Shown here in pieces: positions 1-12,955 of a stretch of DNA of 64,000 nt. Both the position numbers and the translations under genes were made by a program. Origin of the DNA: Octopus sinensis (Eukaryota); NCBI RefSeq assembly GCF_006345805.1, contig NC_043002.1, positions 42,346,001 to 42,410,000 on the forward strand. The letters are read 5' to 3'. Position 1 is the first letter of the stretch. Each line of letters opens with the position of its first letter. A model generated the notes under the pieces. The model did not search any database, was not told the origin of the DNA, and saw only the letters and a list, made by a program, of their open reading frames with translations.

Positions 1-319
1 TATATATATATATATATATACATATATATATTGTTAATGTAAATGTGTGTGTTTGTTTTTAGAGCTGTGACCGACTCGCCGAGACTTCAATTAGTGTAAA
101 CTACTACTACTGCTGCTTGATTCACCACCGATCATTTTCTAAGTATTGTGTGTGTGTGCGTGTTGGCTGAATGTTTATTATACGTATGTATATGTCTTCT
201 TTATTACTGTGTCTCGCCTATTGTCATAGCCGGGTGTGGCCGTCATACGGACGGGTGGACGGACGGACGACGGTCAGTCAGCAAACCACTAAGCAATTGT
301 TACCTCTATTTTGTCCTGG

Positions 320-463
320 ATGTTACACTTAAGGAAAGAAAAAGAGACCATCTCCCAAACGAACAGAAGAGATACAACAGAAAAAGCCTCTATCTGTTCT
401 AAAACCAGGCTAAAGAGCTTATTACTTCTACCAAGAAGAAAACAGCTGCTACAGTTTACTTAA
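320..463 (+). other. Upstream ORF (47 aa, MLHLRKEKETISQ...QLLQFT*) ending 1 nt before ATG 465
   Basis: Manual translation from ATG 320 to TAA 461-463, then a, then ATG 465. Confidence 0.4.
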
Positions 464-464
464 A

Positions 465-501
465 ATGGATGAAAATAATTTAATCGTTATTGGATCTGAT
501 G
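465..501 (+). CDS. Candidate first coding exon A of an unidentified large gene (MDENNLIVIGSD + G, phase 1)
   Basis: aaaATGg context at 465, in-frame upstream stop at 411-413, donor G|gtaagg at 502, CpG-retaining UTR-like sequence upstream (63-464), possible acceptor tttttag at 61-62. No homology recognised. Confidence 0.55.
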
Positions 502-1518
502 GTAAGGCTTTTTATTTACGCATTTATCAAATTCAAAGGCCAATATCAATCCTGGATGTAATTCTTTTTATATTTTTCTTTTTGTATAGAATTTTCTTTC
601 AGTTTTGTCAAAGTTGTTTTTCAATGAAATTCAAGCTGAGGGTTCTGGGAATTAAAATATACGTATTTCTCGCACAGAGAAAATACTTGTCCGCATTATA
701 GAAAAAAAAAAAAAAAAACTATTTTTATTTCTAATCTCTGTTTTTTATATTCATGTTTTTATGCATTGAGATTTATACTTCCATATGTATTACTTATGCA
801 GACTTAAAGGAATCTAAGATATGTTTTTCTGTGCGTGTGTCCCTGAAGTGTGTGTGTGCTTGTTATGTATATTGGTTGTGTTATGTATTTATTTCAAAGG
901 CAGATATCAATCATGAATGTTATTTTTTGTTTTTATATCCTATATTTGCGATTTTCTTTTAATTTAGTCGAAATTATCTTTCCTCTGTGAAATCTATACG
1001 CATTGCGTGTGTGCGCTTAATTGCGTTTGCGTGTATATGTGTCTGGCGTGCCTGTGTATACCTAATCTTATTATAATTTTCTGAACTGAATCCGATGTAT
1101 TTGTAACTTTCAAATGTATATATAGATGTTTGTTTAATTATGTGCACAATTTCTGTAATAAGAATTTTCAAGCGTTTACTTCGGCTCTGTGTGTCTGTGA
1201 AAATCCTGTCTGGACTAGCTCTGTGCGTGTCTATAATATATATACATATATAGAGACACACACACACACAGTGAGCTAGTATGATATATATTTATAAAAT
1301 TTCCAAAATGAAATGTTTTCTAAACGTGTATACATATATGCGTGTGTGTCAGTGTGTATAAAGAGCGGTGCGAAAAAATCACGTCATACCAAAAATATGA
1401 GGTAATTTTAGCTAGTTCGATAGATGAGAAAATAACCTCCCGGCGAACCGAATATACTAAACAAAGTTCGATTCCCAGTCATTTTATTTTTTTTTTTATT
1501 TTTTTTTTTTACCCTCAG

Positions 1519-1545
1519 TTTATGTTGCTAAAACCCTTGGGAAAG
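1519..1545 (+). CDS. Candidate 27-nt microexon, phase 1 to 1 (V-YVAKTLGK when joined to exon A)
   Basis: ~35-nt T tract + accctcag acceptor (1517-18), donor AAG|gtatgg (1546), frame-preserving and open in the phase left by exon A. Confidence 0.55.
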
Positions 1546-1723
1546 GTATGGATACCACGTTAATAATATCTTGTTTTTTTGGTGAAGCTTAAAAATCTGT
1601 GTTAATTTTTAGTTACCAAAGATTATTTGTTTATTGAACTCTCTTCGCATCCACGAAGAATTTTTTGGTACCTTCCTCTTCACCCGTTGTAGCTACAACC
1701 GATTAGTCATGCTTCCTCGAATC

Positions 1724-1929
1724 AGCAAGGGAGCCTATACGACCTTTCTTTAGAAATAGATGTCAGACCTTCTTCAGATCAGACTATACCGTTCCAAAAT
1801 AAAAGGACACACTCGATAATGTTGTCAGCAGTACACTATTATTTATTTGAAAGAAGAGAAAATATGGTCACATTTGGAACGCCTATGATGATGAATCTAG
1901 TCATTGAAGGTTGACCTGGGGCTAAACAA
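1724..1929 (+). mobile_element. Unclassified SINE-like element with (CAA)n tail (family X)
   Basis: Recurrent core gagcctctac..gacctgctagaaatagcag..ggacacattggataatg..gggctgacctggggctaaacaac. Other copies at ~2342-2543(+), 6505-6745(-), 8283-8508(+), 8800-9020(-), 14805-15050, 19200-19400(+), 20805-21080(-). Confidence 0.7.
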
Positions 1930-2037
1930 TTCAGGGTTGTTTCGACACCTTTCGTTGCTCCCTACTGCCAGCCTGCTTTCCTAATCTAATGACTCCTTTA
2001 ATATTTTACCTTCACCTGATAATTGTGTGTGTGTCAT

Positions 2038-2089
<52 letters not shown>

Positions 2090-2341
2090 ACATGCGCACA
2101 CGCATGTACCTGGCATGAGAACTAATATTTTTCTTCATCACTATGCGCGCATAAATAAAGAAAAATGAGTAATTATTTCGGTAAATGCATGAGAAAAGAA
2201 GCCCTACTTTTCTTTTTTTCATTTTTGGAGCATACATAAATTAACCTGTATCACGATGACTGTGTATGGAACTAGGTTGTTTCGGCTTGGATGTTGTTGA
2301 CTAATCTGGCTGTCCACCTCAAACAGCCTATAATTATCACG

Positions 2342-2543
2342 AGCCAACAAGGAAGCCTCTACCTGGTCGCTCGACTTGCTAAAAATAGCAGTGAAATTTC
2401 CTTTAACTCTTACCTTTCATATCTTAAAGAAGCTGCTATCTAAAACTGACATTGTATTAGATGCATTGCGCTCGAATAAAAGACTAGATGCAGCGCATTT
2501 GATAATAAATCTACTTAAGGCTGACCTGTGGTTGAACAACAAC
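2342..2543 (+). mobile_element. Family X SINE-like copy retaining CpGs
   Basis: ctggtcgctcgacttgctaaaaatagcag core and ctgacctgtggttgaacaacaac tail. Confidence 0.65.
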
Positions 2544-2899
2544 ATATATCATAACGAATATGTGTAAGTTATATGTGTCAGTGTGTAGATGCCTAGACAC
2601 TTCAAAGAAATTCATCTTAAGAGTGGCGAACTAGTCATATAGTCTCCCATTCTCTCTCAATCCGCAATCTTTTTTTTTTTATTTTCTTTTTACTTCTTCT
2701 CGTTTTACATCTTATTACTACTATTATTACAGCAATTGTTATTGCAACAATAATTATTTGTATTCCATCATGAAATTCCAGATTCTATTTCGCTTGAAAA
2801 GCAATATAAGAGTAACCGCTAAATGCGTTAGAGTGTATCATTTTATATTATGTCTGTGCATGTATTTAATTAGATTATGAAATCTGGAACGAAAGGAAA

Positions 2900-2902
<3 letters not shown>

Positions 2903-2962
<60 letters not shown>
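2903..2962. repeat. (TA)n microsatellite, ~30 units
   Basis: Read directly; one of dozens of (TA)n, (CA)n, (TC)n, (TATC)n and (TAC)n tracts in the window. Confidence 0.95.
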
Positions 2963-2964
<2 letters not shown>

Positions 2965-3651
2965 GAGTCATTCTATGGTAACAGCTTCGCGCTTGTGATG
3001 GAAGTATTAATAATATTTGTAAGTCAATCTCAGTATATTTTTCTACCTGTACTGAATAAAGAGACTAATATCTTTCTCTCTCTCGCTCTCTCACTCTATA
3101 TATATATATAAAATTGGGAAATCTATCTACAGCTATCTCATTGTGTGTGTGTGTGTCATTGATAAGTCTTTTCCGGATTTGTCAGTCTGTCTGCTTCCAC
3201 TTAATGTCTGTAATTGTCTATCGTCGTTTAGATGCGTTGGGTATGTATTAATTTGCTTTTCTGTTTTTGCTATGCTATTGTCTAAAATTATCGAGATATA
3301 TATATATATTTAAATGTGCATTATATATATATGAGAGATAGCGAGAGAATCTGTGCTTGTAATGAGAAAGCGAGACTAATAGAACTCGACGGTGCGAAAA
3401 AAAATTGATAAAAAATTAATAAAAAAAAGGAAAATAATAAACCTTCACGCTCTCGAATGCTTCGGTAGTAGAGAGAATAACAGAACGACGGAATACAAAA
3501 ATAAAACAAACAAATCTTTGCGCACGAGATTCTTTATTGTTTGTTTGTTGTCAACGTTCTTTCTCACTATTTACTCTTATATTCTTTTGTCAGCTCCACA
3601 TTCACATTCGTTACTTCCACTATCTCTCTCTCTTACACACACCCATATAAT

Positions 3652-3689
<38 letters not shown>

Positions 3690-4003
3690 TTGCTTTCTCT
3701 TTCGTATTACTATAGTATTTGTTTCTTTCCAATCCAAACCTCATTCATATTTTCATTCTTCTTACAAACACCCTGTACACACATACATACATACATGCAC
3801 GCACGCACACACACACTATATATATATATATAGTGTGTCTAGATTGTTAGGAGAATAAGCTTGAATGGCTATCAGTAAAGTATTGCTGCTCGTGCTTCCA
3901 AGCACTTATGTTAGACCCCAGTAAAATTCCACCGCTATTACTACCACTGCTACAGTGGGTATCATTACTATAACCACTACTACTACATACTACTACTATT
4001 GCT

Positions 4004-4038
4004 ATGAAGCGATATGGTCGCAATACTAGCCTTCATAG
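4004..4038 (+). CDS. Candidate first coding exon B, copy 1 (MKRYGRNTSLH + AG, phase 2)
   Basis: ATG 4004 opens the only frame that reaches donor AG|gtatgt at 4039; in-frame upstream TAA at 3971; CpG-retaining UTR-like upstream sequence. Confidence 0.5.
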
Positions 4039-4932
4039 GTATGTGTTTTGTTTGTTACAGTATTTATCTGTTGTTTAGTTTATTTATAAAGCTATAGAAT
4101 GTGTTTTAATATAGACTGTTTCATCTCTTCCCTCTCTCATACGTTTGCATCCATTTTTCCTCTTCTGTGAATGAGTTTATGTACATACGTAATGTATGGA
4201 TGGGTGGATGTTGACACGCTTGATATCTATCTATCTATCTATCTATCTATCCGTCTGTCTGTCTGCTTTTCATCTATACTCATACAAAAACACCTCCCCC
4301 CATATACACAGATATCTCTGTATTGTCTATGGAAGGACTCTCTTTCGTCACCTCGGTCTCTCTTTAGCAGCTCTCTGCCACATCTTCTTTCTCCACTTCC
4401 ATCACTCTGTCTACCAGCTCATCTATTTCTCATCTCGTGCTTTCCGTCTCGAATCTGTCTTCCTTTCTAATCCTTAATCTCTCTTCCTCGTCATTCTGTC
4501 TCTAATCTATCTTCCTCTCCACTTCTCTCTCTACCCTCTGACTCTCTGTATGAACGTGCACACAGCATAGTTATTATTCACCTCCTTTGTCTTGTCTCCA
4601 TAATTATATATATATATGAGAGATAGCGAGAGAATCTGTGCTTGTAATGAGAAAGCGAGACTAATAGAACTCGACGGTGCGAAAAAAAATTGATAAAAAA
4701 TTAATAAAAAAAAGGAAAATAATAAACCTTCACGCTCTCGAATGCTTCGGTAGTAGAGAGAATAACAGAACGACGGAATACAAAAATAAAACAAACAAAT
4801 CTTTGCGCACGAGATTCTTTATTGTTTGTTTGTTGTCAACGTTCTTTCTCACTATTTACTCTTATATTCTTTTGTCAGCTCCACATTCACATTCGTTACT
4901 TCCACTATCTCTCTCTCTTACACACACCCATA

Positions 4933-4994
<62 letters not shown>

Positions 4995-5315
4995 TTGCTT
5001 TCTCTTTCGTATTACTATAGTATTTGTTTCTTTCCAATCCAAACCTCATTCATATTTTCATTCTTCTTACAAACACCCTGTACACACATACATACATGCA
5101 CGCACGCACACACACACACTATATATATATATATAGTGTGTCTAGATTGTTAGGAGAATAAGCTTGAATGGCTATCAGTAAAGTATTGCTGCTCGTGCTT
5201 CCAAGCACTTATGTTAGACCCCAGTAAAATTCCACCGCTATTACTACCACTGCTACAGTGGGTATCATTACTATAACCACTACTACTACATACTACTACT
5301 ACTACTACTATTGCT

Positions 5316-5350
5316 ATGAAGCGATATGGTCGCAATACTAGCCTTCATAG
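5316..5350 (+). CDS. Candidate first coding exon B, duplicated copy 2
   Basis: Identical to 4004-4038; donor gtatgt at 5351. Confidence 0.45.
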
Positions 5351-7329
5351 GTATGTGTTTTGTTTGTTTACAGTATTTATCTGTTGTTTAGTTTATTTAT
5401 AAAGCTATAGAATGTGTTTTAATATAGACTGTTTCATCTCTTCCCTCTCTCATACGTTTGCATCCATTTTTCCTCTTCTGTGAATGAGTTTATGTACATA
5501 CGTAATGTATGGATGGGTGGATGTTGACACGCTTGATATCTATCTATCTATCTATCTATCTATCCGTCTGTCTGTCTGCTTTTCATCTATACTCATACAA
5601 AAACACCTCCCCCCATATACACAGATATCTCTGTATTGTCTATGGAAGGACTCTCTTTCGTCACCTCGGTCTCTCTTTAGCAGCTCTCTGCCACATCTTC
5701 TTTCTCCACTTCCATCACTCTGTCTACCAGCTCATCTATTTCTCATCTCGTGCTTTCCGTCTCGAATCTGTCTTCCTTTCTAATCCTTAATCTCTCTTCC
5801 TCGTCATTCTGTCTCTAATCTATCTTCCTCTCCACTTCTCTCTCTACCCTCTGACTCTCTGTATGAACGTGCACACAGCATAGTTATTATTCACCTCCTT
5901 TGTCTTGTCTCCATAATTATATATATATATATGCACACACAGACAATGTATCCGCCCTTTCTATCAAAACTCTTGCTTTGTCTGTTTTTACCTCTCCCAT
6001 ATGTAAATGTCTTATCTTCTGTCTATCTGTATACATACATGCATGCACGTGCGTGTGAGTATATATATGTGTGTGTGTGTCATTTGAATACATTACGGTG
6101 TGATAAAACAAAGAATATATCTAAAAATTTAAGACATTCCTGTCTCCTTCCCTTTATTTTTTCCTCTCCCCGCTTTCTCTCTCCTCTATGTCTCCTCTTT
6201 CTTTTTCTCTTCTTGCTTCTGCTTCTCTACCCCACAATTGGTTTGTCCACCCCCTCGATGTCACACAATATGGCTACTTTGGTTGGTTGTCTTGCATTAG
6301 AATTACTGCTACTGTTTTTGCATCACAGTTCGCTACCGATGACTAGACTATAGTGGTGTTCTTTGTTCTTGAAGCATACTGTTATATATATATATATATA
6401 TTTATTTATATATAGACGCGCACATTTGATTTTTGTCATTTACATTTCGCATCCACCACTACCAATATCATAGCTCTCTCCACCGTCTGTCAATCTCCTG
6501 TCAACAGCAGTTTGGTCAGGTTCTTCGATTATTATTCACTCCATAAATTCCCGAAATCTCTTTTCCATATGTATGTTGACCGAGGAGACTTACGTTCAAA
6601 AGCTTTCCCGTCATGACCATTTCGTCTTTTCTATAATTAGGGGACAACGTTGTTCAACGTCTCTCTTTAAGACAGTAGGCGATAGGTTTTCAGAAAGATT
6701 TGGCTGGTATTTCTAGCTTGCCGAATGACCGTGTTAGAGGTTCCCTTGTCGATTTGAGGTGTGTGTGTGTGTATGTATATATATATATATATATATATCG
6801 TCAAAATCTCCTTATGTATGCATTTGTGTTCGTCTCTACAAGCACTTCACCGATACGAGGGAGTAATTTCAAGATGTTTGGTCAGTTTACCTTAAATTTC
6901 ATACTGCTATTTTACAAAGGAAAGGATACATTAATGTAATCTCAAATATCGCTAACCTAGGGGTAAACAAAAATTCTTCTCTTGCTGTTATCTCCTCTCT
7001 CATTTGCGCGTGCGCGTGTGTATTATATGCAAGTACACACTGATATATAATGTATATCGGTGTATATTCTTTTTAGTTATATATAGATTTCGCATATGAA
7101 TATTATATAGACAAATATACTGTGCTCGCCGCAATATATATAACTGTTCTTATACATATATACATTAGATTGCGTGTTCATTGCCAAGTGGAAACTTGCC
7201 AGATGTGAATTTTCTCTCCCTCTCTGCTCATTATCATCCTCTTGTTTTCTTTTTCTTCCCCACCTTCTGTTTCTCTAACATACAACAATCTCTCTCTCTT
7301 CACATTCACCTTCTCTCTGCCTGTCAGTC

Positions 7330-7437
7330 AGTTCTCTCTGGCTCTCATTCTCTCTTTTTTTTGTTGTTGTTGTTGTCTTTCTGTCTGTCTATTTGTGTGT
7401 GTGTGTGTGTGTCTCTCCCCCTCCTTTCTACACGGAA
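7330..7437 (+). other. Candidate non-coding alternative first exon (start approximate)
   Basis: TCAGT(C/T) initiator-like motifs near 7324-7333 and consensus donor GAA|gtaagt at 7438, inside the CpG-retaining zone. Confidence 0.3.
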
Positions 7438-7729
7438 GTAAGTTGATAAATGTTGTAACCCGTAAACGATCAAGCCAAAATGACAACAAACATATTGCAA
7501 CACCACCACCACCATCGCTTCCCCCTCCACTCCCATCACCAACCACCCACACCCACCCACATAGACATTCTTTTCTTTATTTTGTAATAAATTTACCCCT
7601 AGTTGTTGGTGCCCTTTCCCTTTTAAAACCTTCCCCATTTATTTTTGTATATACCTTCTGAAAAACCAACAATCCCCCTTTTATTTTTTGCTCTTACCAG
7701 TCAACTTTTATCACCCTTTCTATCGCAAT

Positions 7730-7762
<33 letters not shown>

Positions 7763-7866
7763 CGTACACACACACACACAAAGGTATATTCTCAAAGCGT
7801 AAATCAAAATACATCATCCCGATGCAAATGACAATTTATGTAATGGAGGAAGTCTGCACAAAATTT

Positions 7867-7985
7867 GGTTTCAATTTTTGGTACAAGGCCAACAATTTCG
7901 GGTGGTGGGTGGTATCGCTCCAGCCCTCAACTGGTACTTATTTTATCGACCCCGAAAGAATGGAAGGCAAAGTCGACCTCGGCTG
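7867..7985 (-). mobile_element. Nin/Deu-domain tRNA-SINE fragment with all core CpGs intact
   Basis: Reverse complement of the gtcgactttgccttccattctttcggggtcgataaaataagtaccag core, resembling the Nin/AmnSINE-type central domain. Confidence 0.75.
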
Positions 7986-9349
7986 AGTCTGCGCAAATAT
8001 TAAAAATGGTGCAATTAAGCAATGTTACAGTTTCAGAAACATTTAGAATATAGAAAATGTGAAATGTGAAAATGTGGATTAAATGCTTGTTTGGAAGTAC
8101 AAGACCGGAGAAAGAGTATCCAGTACATGTAAAGTTTATTCATTTGAAGCTAAATGGATGGCTGATTCCACTTGATTCTACTCATTTTCAATGTTAATGG
8201 CCTTAACTTCTGCTTATTGTCGTCTTATAATTAAAAATCACGATCAATATTCTCAGTTTCATGACCATCATTGTTAGATTTTGGGCCAACGAAGGGATTT
8301 CTATGTAGTTGACTAACCTGCTAAAAGTAGAAATCTAAATCTCCCTTAAATCACACCCGTTCTGTCTTAAAAGGTGAAAAACAAAACCAAAAACATTGGA
8401 CATTGGACAATGCAGTAATGTCTGATATGCAAAAGATGAGATAGTAATGGCTTGAAAGCTTTTAATCATAGGTTTACTCGATTAGGGCTGACCTAGAACT
8501 AAACAACAGTTTTGTGTACTTTTTGTAATATTGATTTTAGCGTCTTCCCTTTTTGATTTTCCATATTATTATCTATGTGTAGAATGTGGGGAAAGAGCTT
8601 ATGTCAATTGCTAAATCGATCCCATGACTTATTTGGTACCCTTTTCATTGACCTTAGGAGGGATGGTAAAGCAAAGCCTACTCTTGAAATTTGAACTCGA
8701 AAACACGAATCGCATGCTTTTTCAATTTAGTCCACTTTTCGTGGCATGAACGTTTGCGTTACATTGCCATCAAATCTCAGATTGATTGCTATTGTATCTT
8801 AAAGTCAGCCCTGACTTAAGCAAGCAGACGTAATATAGCTCACAGACTTTACAGGCGTGACAATTCCGTCCATACCTTGTATTTATTTATTTATTTATTA
8901 AAATCGATTTAGTTCCACATTATCCAATGTGCCTTCGTTTCTTTAAGTTGGTTGGCTGTGTTTTAGAGACGTTTGGTTGCTATTCCTAGCAGCACACGCG
9001 ACAGCGTAGAATCTTCGATGGTGGGTGGATAATTGTGGATATATTGTTTCTATCAAGAAAATGATTTAAAATACAATAACAATGAGAATAATAAGTTGCC
9101 TCCTATGTCCACTCCCAACAGAAAAAAAAAAACTTTATCAAATGATAATCATTGTCTATATATTTGTGTATATGTATATGCATATATTTGTGTGTGTATG
9201 TGTGTGTGTGCACATATTTGTGTGTATATGCATATAATTGTGTTTGTATGCATATCTGTGTATATGCATATATTTGTGTGTGTATATATACATACATGCA
9301 TATGCTTGCGTGTGTGTGTTTATATGCTTATGTATATGTGTATGCACAC

Positions 9350-9383
<34 letters not shown>

Positions 9384-10099
9384 CAATGTTTTTGTTGCCC
9401 TTTTCTTTCCTTTTTTCATTTCACCTGCTGCACCTACCTCCCACTTCCACTCTTTAGCATATATGATGTTTCATTAGGTTGAGCTAATAGCACGGTAATT
9501 TATGCCTTTTGCTTTCCTAATCTGCTACCTGCCCGATCTTCTGCCTTCCCTGCCTGCAATCCTTCTTAAACACGTAGAACACGATTGCAGACTGATGGAG
9601 TGGGTCCCTGACATCTTCCCTGACACTACCTCACCACACACACACACACACACACACATGCGGAAGGGGGAGCTGTGCACAAAAATCATCTGAGATAAGA
9701 ATTTTTCATCCATCCTTTGTCACCGTGCATATAGACACTCACGCACTCGCGCTTTTACGCGAATGCCACTTCATCAAAGAAGCACGTAATATTGGGCTAT
9801 GTGCACTGCTACTATATTATTGTTTTCCTTCATTTTCTATTCTTAGTAAGTTGGTTTTGGGCTTTGATTTATCATTGTAAAACGTATCTATTCCATTACT
9901 ATTTAGACGATGTCTAATTACCACTTTTTCTTTTTCTTTTCGTTTCTCTTATTACACTTGATTGTTACTTTGAGTTCAAATCCTGCCCCTCCGTGGGCCG
10001 GTGGCTGCAGTTTGACGGGTTTCGCTCATTCTTGGAATCTATATACAATAAATCAGTTAATTTATTGACGAATTACCCCATATCGACTTTTTGTCTCTT

Positions 10100-10136
<37 letters not shown>

Positions 10137-10488
10137 TGTGGGCTTTGATTGGGCAGAAGGTCAGTGCATTTCCAAGTGTAGAATGCAGGTCTGAAGTGCC
10201 ACTCGAGTGTAATGAAGTACAAATATTTCATAGATTTCCACATGAAATAATTTACTCGTAATGGCGTTAAAAACAGACTGGCACTGAAACAGTTGTAACT
10301 CAAAGTAAAGGTATGGTAAATTCATTCTTCATCTTATTGGGGTTATATACCTATGCACACACACGTGTGTATGTATTTGTGTGTGTGTGTGTCATCATCA
10401 TCATCATCATTTAGCGTCCGTTCTCCATGCTAGCATGGGTTGGACGGTTCAATTGGGGTCTGTGAAGCTGGAAGGCTTCATCAGGCCC

Positions 10489-10856
10489 ATGCACAGGCGT
10501 GGCTGTGTGGTAAGAAGCTTACTTCCCAGCCACAGGGTTCTGGGTTCGGTCCCAGTGTGTGGCACCTTGGGCAAGTGTCTTCTACTATAGCCTTGGGCTG
10601 ACCAAAGCCTTGTGAGTGGATTTGGTTGATGGAAACCGAAAGAAGCCCCCGTATATATGTATATATTTATGTGTATGTGTCTGTCTTTGTTCCCCCGCCA
10701 ACTCTTGACAACCGATGTTGGTGTGTTTACATCCCTGTAACTTAACGGTTTGGCAATAGAATAATTACTAGGCTTACTTTAACTAAAAATTCATTAAGGC
10801 AGTGCTCCAGCATGGTCACAGTCAAATGACTGAAACAAGTAAAAGAATAAAAGAAT
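10489..10856 (+). mobile_element. Near full-length tRNA-derived CORE-like SINE (octopus OR-type)
   Basis: A-box tggctgtgtggtaag, B-box ggttcggtcc, CORE-like accttgggcaagtg, (AAAGAAT)n tail. Other copies at 12296-12690, 16441-16585(-), 29378-29780, 40613-40981(-), 43716-44098, 58440-58730. Confidence 0.8.
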
Positions 10857-11067
10857 ATGTGTATGTTAAAGAAGGATTTTCTCTCAGGACATTTTCACTC
10901 AAGGCTGTTTCTGCAGTGGAAGGTTTTCTCATGTTCAAGTGTACTCGAATATATTGAATGTGATTTTACATGTACATATTTTATTCGTGTTACTTTAGTT
11001 GGTTAATTCGAGCTTGAACAAGCTTTATGCAAAACAACAAACATGTCGTATATTATTCTAATAATGT

Positions 11068-11265
11068 TTTTAAATTTTGAGATAAGGCCAGCAAGTTCGG
11101 TGGAGGGGGCTAATTGATAAATATCAAACCCAGTATTTTATCAACCCTGAAAGGATGAAAGATAAAATCAACCTTGGTGGAATTTTGAACTCAGAACATA
11201 AAGACATGATATGCTGCTAAGCATTTTGCCCGGTGTGCTAACAATTCTGCCAGCTTGCTGCCTTA
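11068..11265 (-). mobile_element. Nin-domain SINE, CpG-decayed
   Basis: atcaaccctgaaaggatgaaag..atcaaccttggtggaattttgaactc and reverse-complement tRNA head. Confidence 0.75.
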
Positions 11266-11304
11266 CATTCTTCTAATATTAAAACTCATTTCCTTTTTAT
11301 CCAG

Positions 11305-11335
11305 TTGTGAATCACAGATTTTGCATTTGTTGTGG
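11305..11335 (+). CDS. Candidate 31-nt exon open in two frames (S-CESQILHLLW after exon B; V-VNHRFCICC-G after a phase-1 exon)
   Basis: Acceptor ctcatttcctttttatccag (11303-04), donor TGG|gtaagg (11336). Confidence 0.4.
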
Positions 11336-11517
11336 GTAAGGCCAAAAAAAAAAAAAATTGCAGAGATGTACACAGCCTATAATCCAATGACATCATTCAC
11401 ATGTTTTTGCATGTCATCTAAGAGAAGGATTTTCTCCTGGGAATATTTCTACAGTATCAGGTCTTCTCATGTCCAAGTGTGTTTGGGCATGTTAAATATG
11501 GCTTTACATGAATCCAC

Positions 11518-11574
<57 letters not shown>

Positions 11575-11898
11575 TATGTATATATATATAGTCAATGTGT
11601 ATGTTTTATATATATATATGTATATATACGCATATATATCCTTATAGTTATATATATGTATAAGTATGTAATGCATGTGTGTGTATGCATATCTGTGCAC
11701 ATATATACATTTGTACATAAGCATATATATATTTATATTATGTGTGTATATACATATGCATATATATATATAAAAACACCCATGTGTATGTTTGTGTGTA
11801 TATATATGTTTTTGCATGTGTATGTAGTTGTGTGTGTGCAGATGGACACGTGCACATGATATAATGTAGTAATCCCAAGTTTGCAATTACTAAGGTAC

Positions 11899-12002
11899 CA
11901 AGCAAATTGTTCGAATTTTGTCTCTTCTGCAAAAGTTCTGTTTATTCCTGTGTCCAAAATGGCTGATTGATTGGCAAGGCATATCACTCCAAACATTTCC
12001 TC
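11899..12002 (-). other. Possible antisense exon-like ORF (EEMFGVICLANQSAILDTGINRTFAEETKFEQFAW)
   Basis: Minus-strand acceptor tttctggttttcctatttggtatttag and an open frame, but donors are weak (gtacct, or gtaatt at 11890). Could be a transposon remnant. Confidence 0.2.
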
Positions 12003-12451
12003 CTAAATACCAAATAGGAAAACCAGAAATTTCACACTAACAGCTTTTGAGTGATCACTTTTTACTTTTTAATACAATGTTGGCTTGGAAATCAGGTATT
12101 TTCCCTATTCATTATTCATGATCAATATCTTTTTATAGGAGATCAGTAAACCTATTATACTACTCCTCTTGTTTTTGTTTTTTTATTCTCTAATGCAATT
12201 CATGTGATCACACAAGTAAGCTAGACTTTTTTCTTTATCTTTTTTCGAGTGAAAATTTTACTTTACTGTTATGTATACATATATTAAGTGTATACAGGTG
12301 CAGGCATGGCTGTGTGGTTAAGAAGCTCACTTCGCAACCAACTGGTTATAGGTTCAGTCCTACTGCATGACTCCTTGGGGATGTGTTTTCTTCTTCTATA
12401 CTGCTAGTCTAACTTGTGAGTGAATTTGGTGGCTAGAAATTGTGTGGAAGC

Positions 12452-12664
12452 GGTGAGCTGGCAGAAACATTAGCACGCCGGGGGAAATGCTTAGCAGTAT
12501 TTCATCTGTCTTTATATTCTGAGTTCAAATTCCACCAAGGTTGACTTTGCTTTTCATCCTTTTGGGGTCGATTAAATAAGTACCAGTTACACACTGGGGT
12601 CGATATAATTGACTTGATCCATTTGTCTGTCCTTGTTTATCCCCTTGTAGGCAGTAAAAAAATA
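12452..12664 (+). mobile_element. Full-length Nin-domain tRNA-SINE with 17-bp TSD, nested in a CORE-like SINE
   Basis: Head ggtgagctggcagaaac, B-box gagttcaaattcc, Nin core, TSD agaaattgtgtggaagc at 12435-12451 and 12665-12681. Confidence 0.9.
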
Positions 12665-12713
12665 AGAAATTGTGTGGAAGCCTGTTGTGTGTGTATGTAT
12701 ATATATATATATA

Positions 12714-12726
12714 GAAAATGGACATT

Positions 12727-12758
<32 letters not shown>

Positions 12759-12769
12759 AAATGGACATT

Positions 12770-12803
<34 letters not shown>

Positions 12804-12911
12804 ATATAGAAAATGGACATTAATATATATATATTATATATATATATATATATAAAATGGACATTTATATATAATATATATATATTATATATATATATAT
12901 ATAAAATGGAC

Positions 12912-12955
<44 letters not shown>

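Larger units (their letters stand above)
3333..5932 (+). repeat. Direct tandem duplication, two ~1.3 kb units (3333-4617 and 4618-5932)
   Basis: Units look identical except for microsatellite lengths and a 1-nt indel; all three junctions fall in (TA)n tracts; the ORF track shows paired identical ORFs. Confidence 0.95.

Noticed and set aside
1519-1545. Protein kinase subdomain I (YxxxKTLGKG)
   Set aside because: It would need a following GxF/YxxV exon in phase 1, and none was found in the window; 9 residues are not enough for a call.
12452-12540. tRNA genes (also at 10489, 43716, 53969, 59761)
   Set aside because: A and B boxes continue into SINE bodies and I could not fold a cloverleaf; these are tRNA-derived SINE heads.
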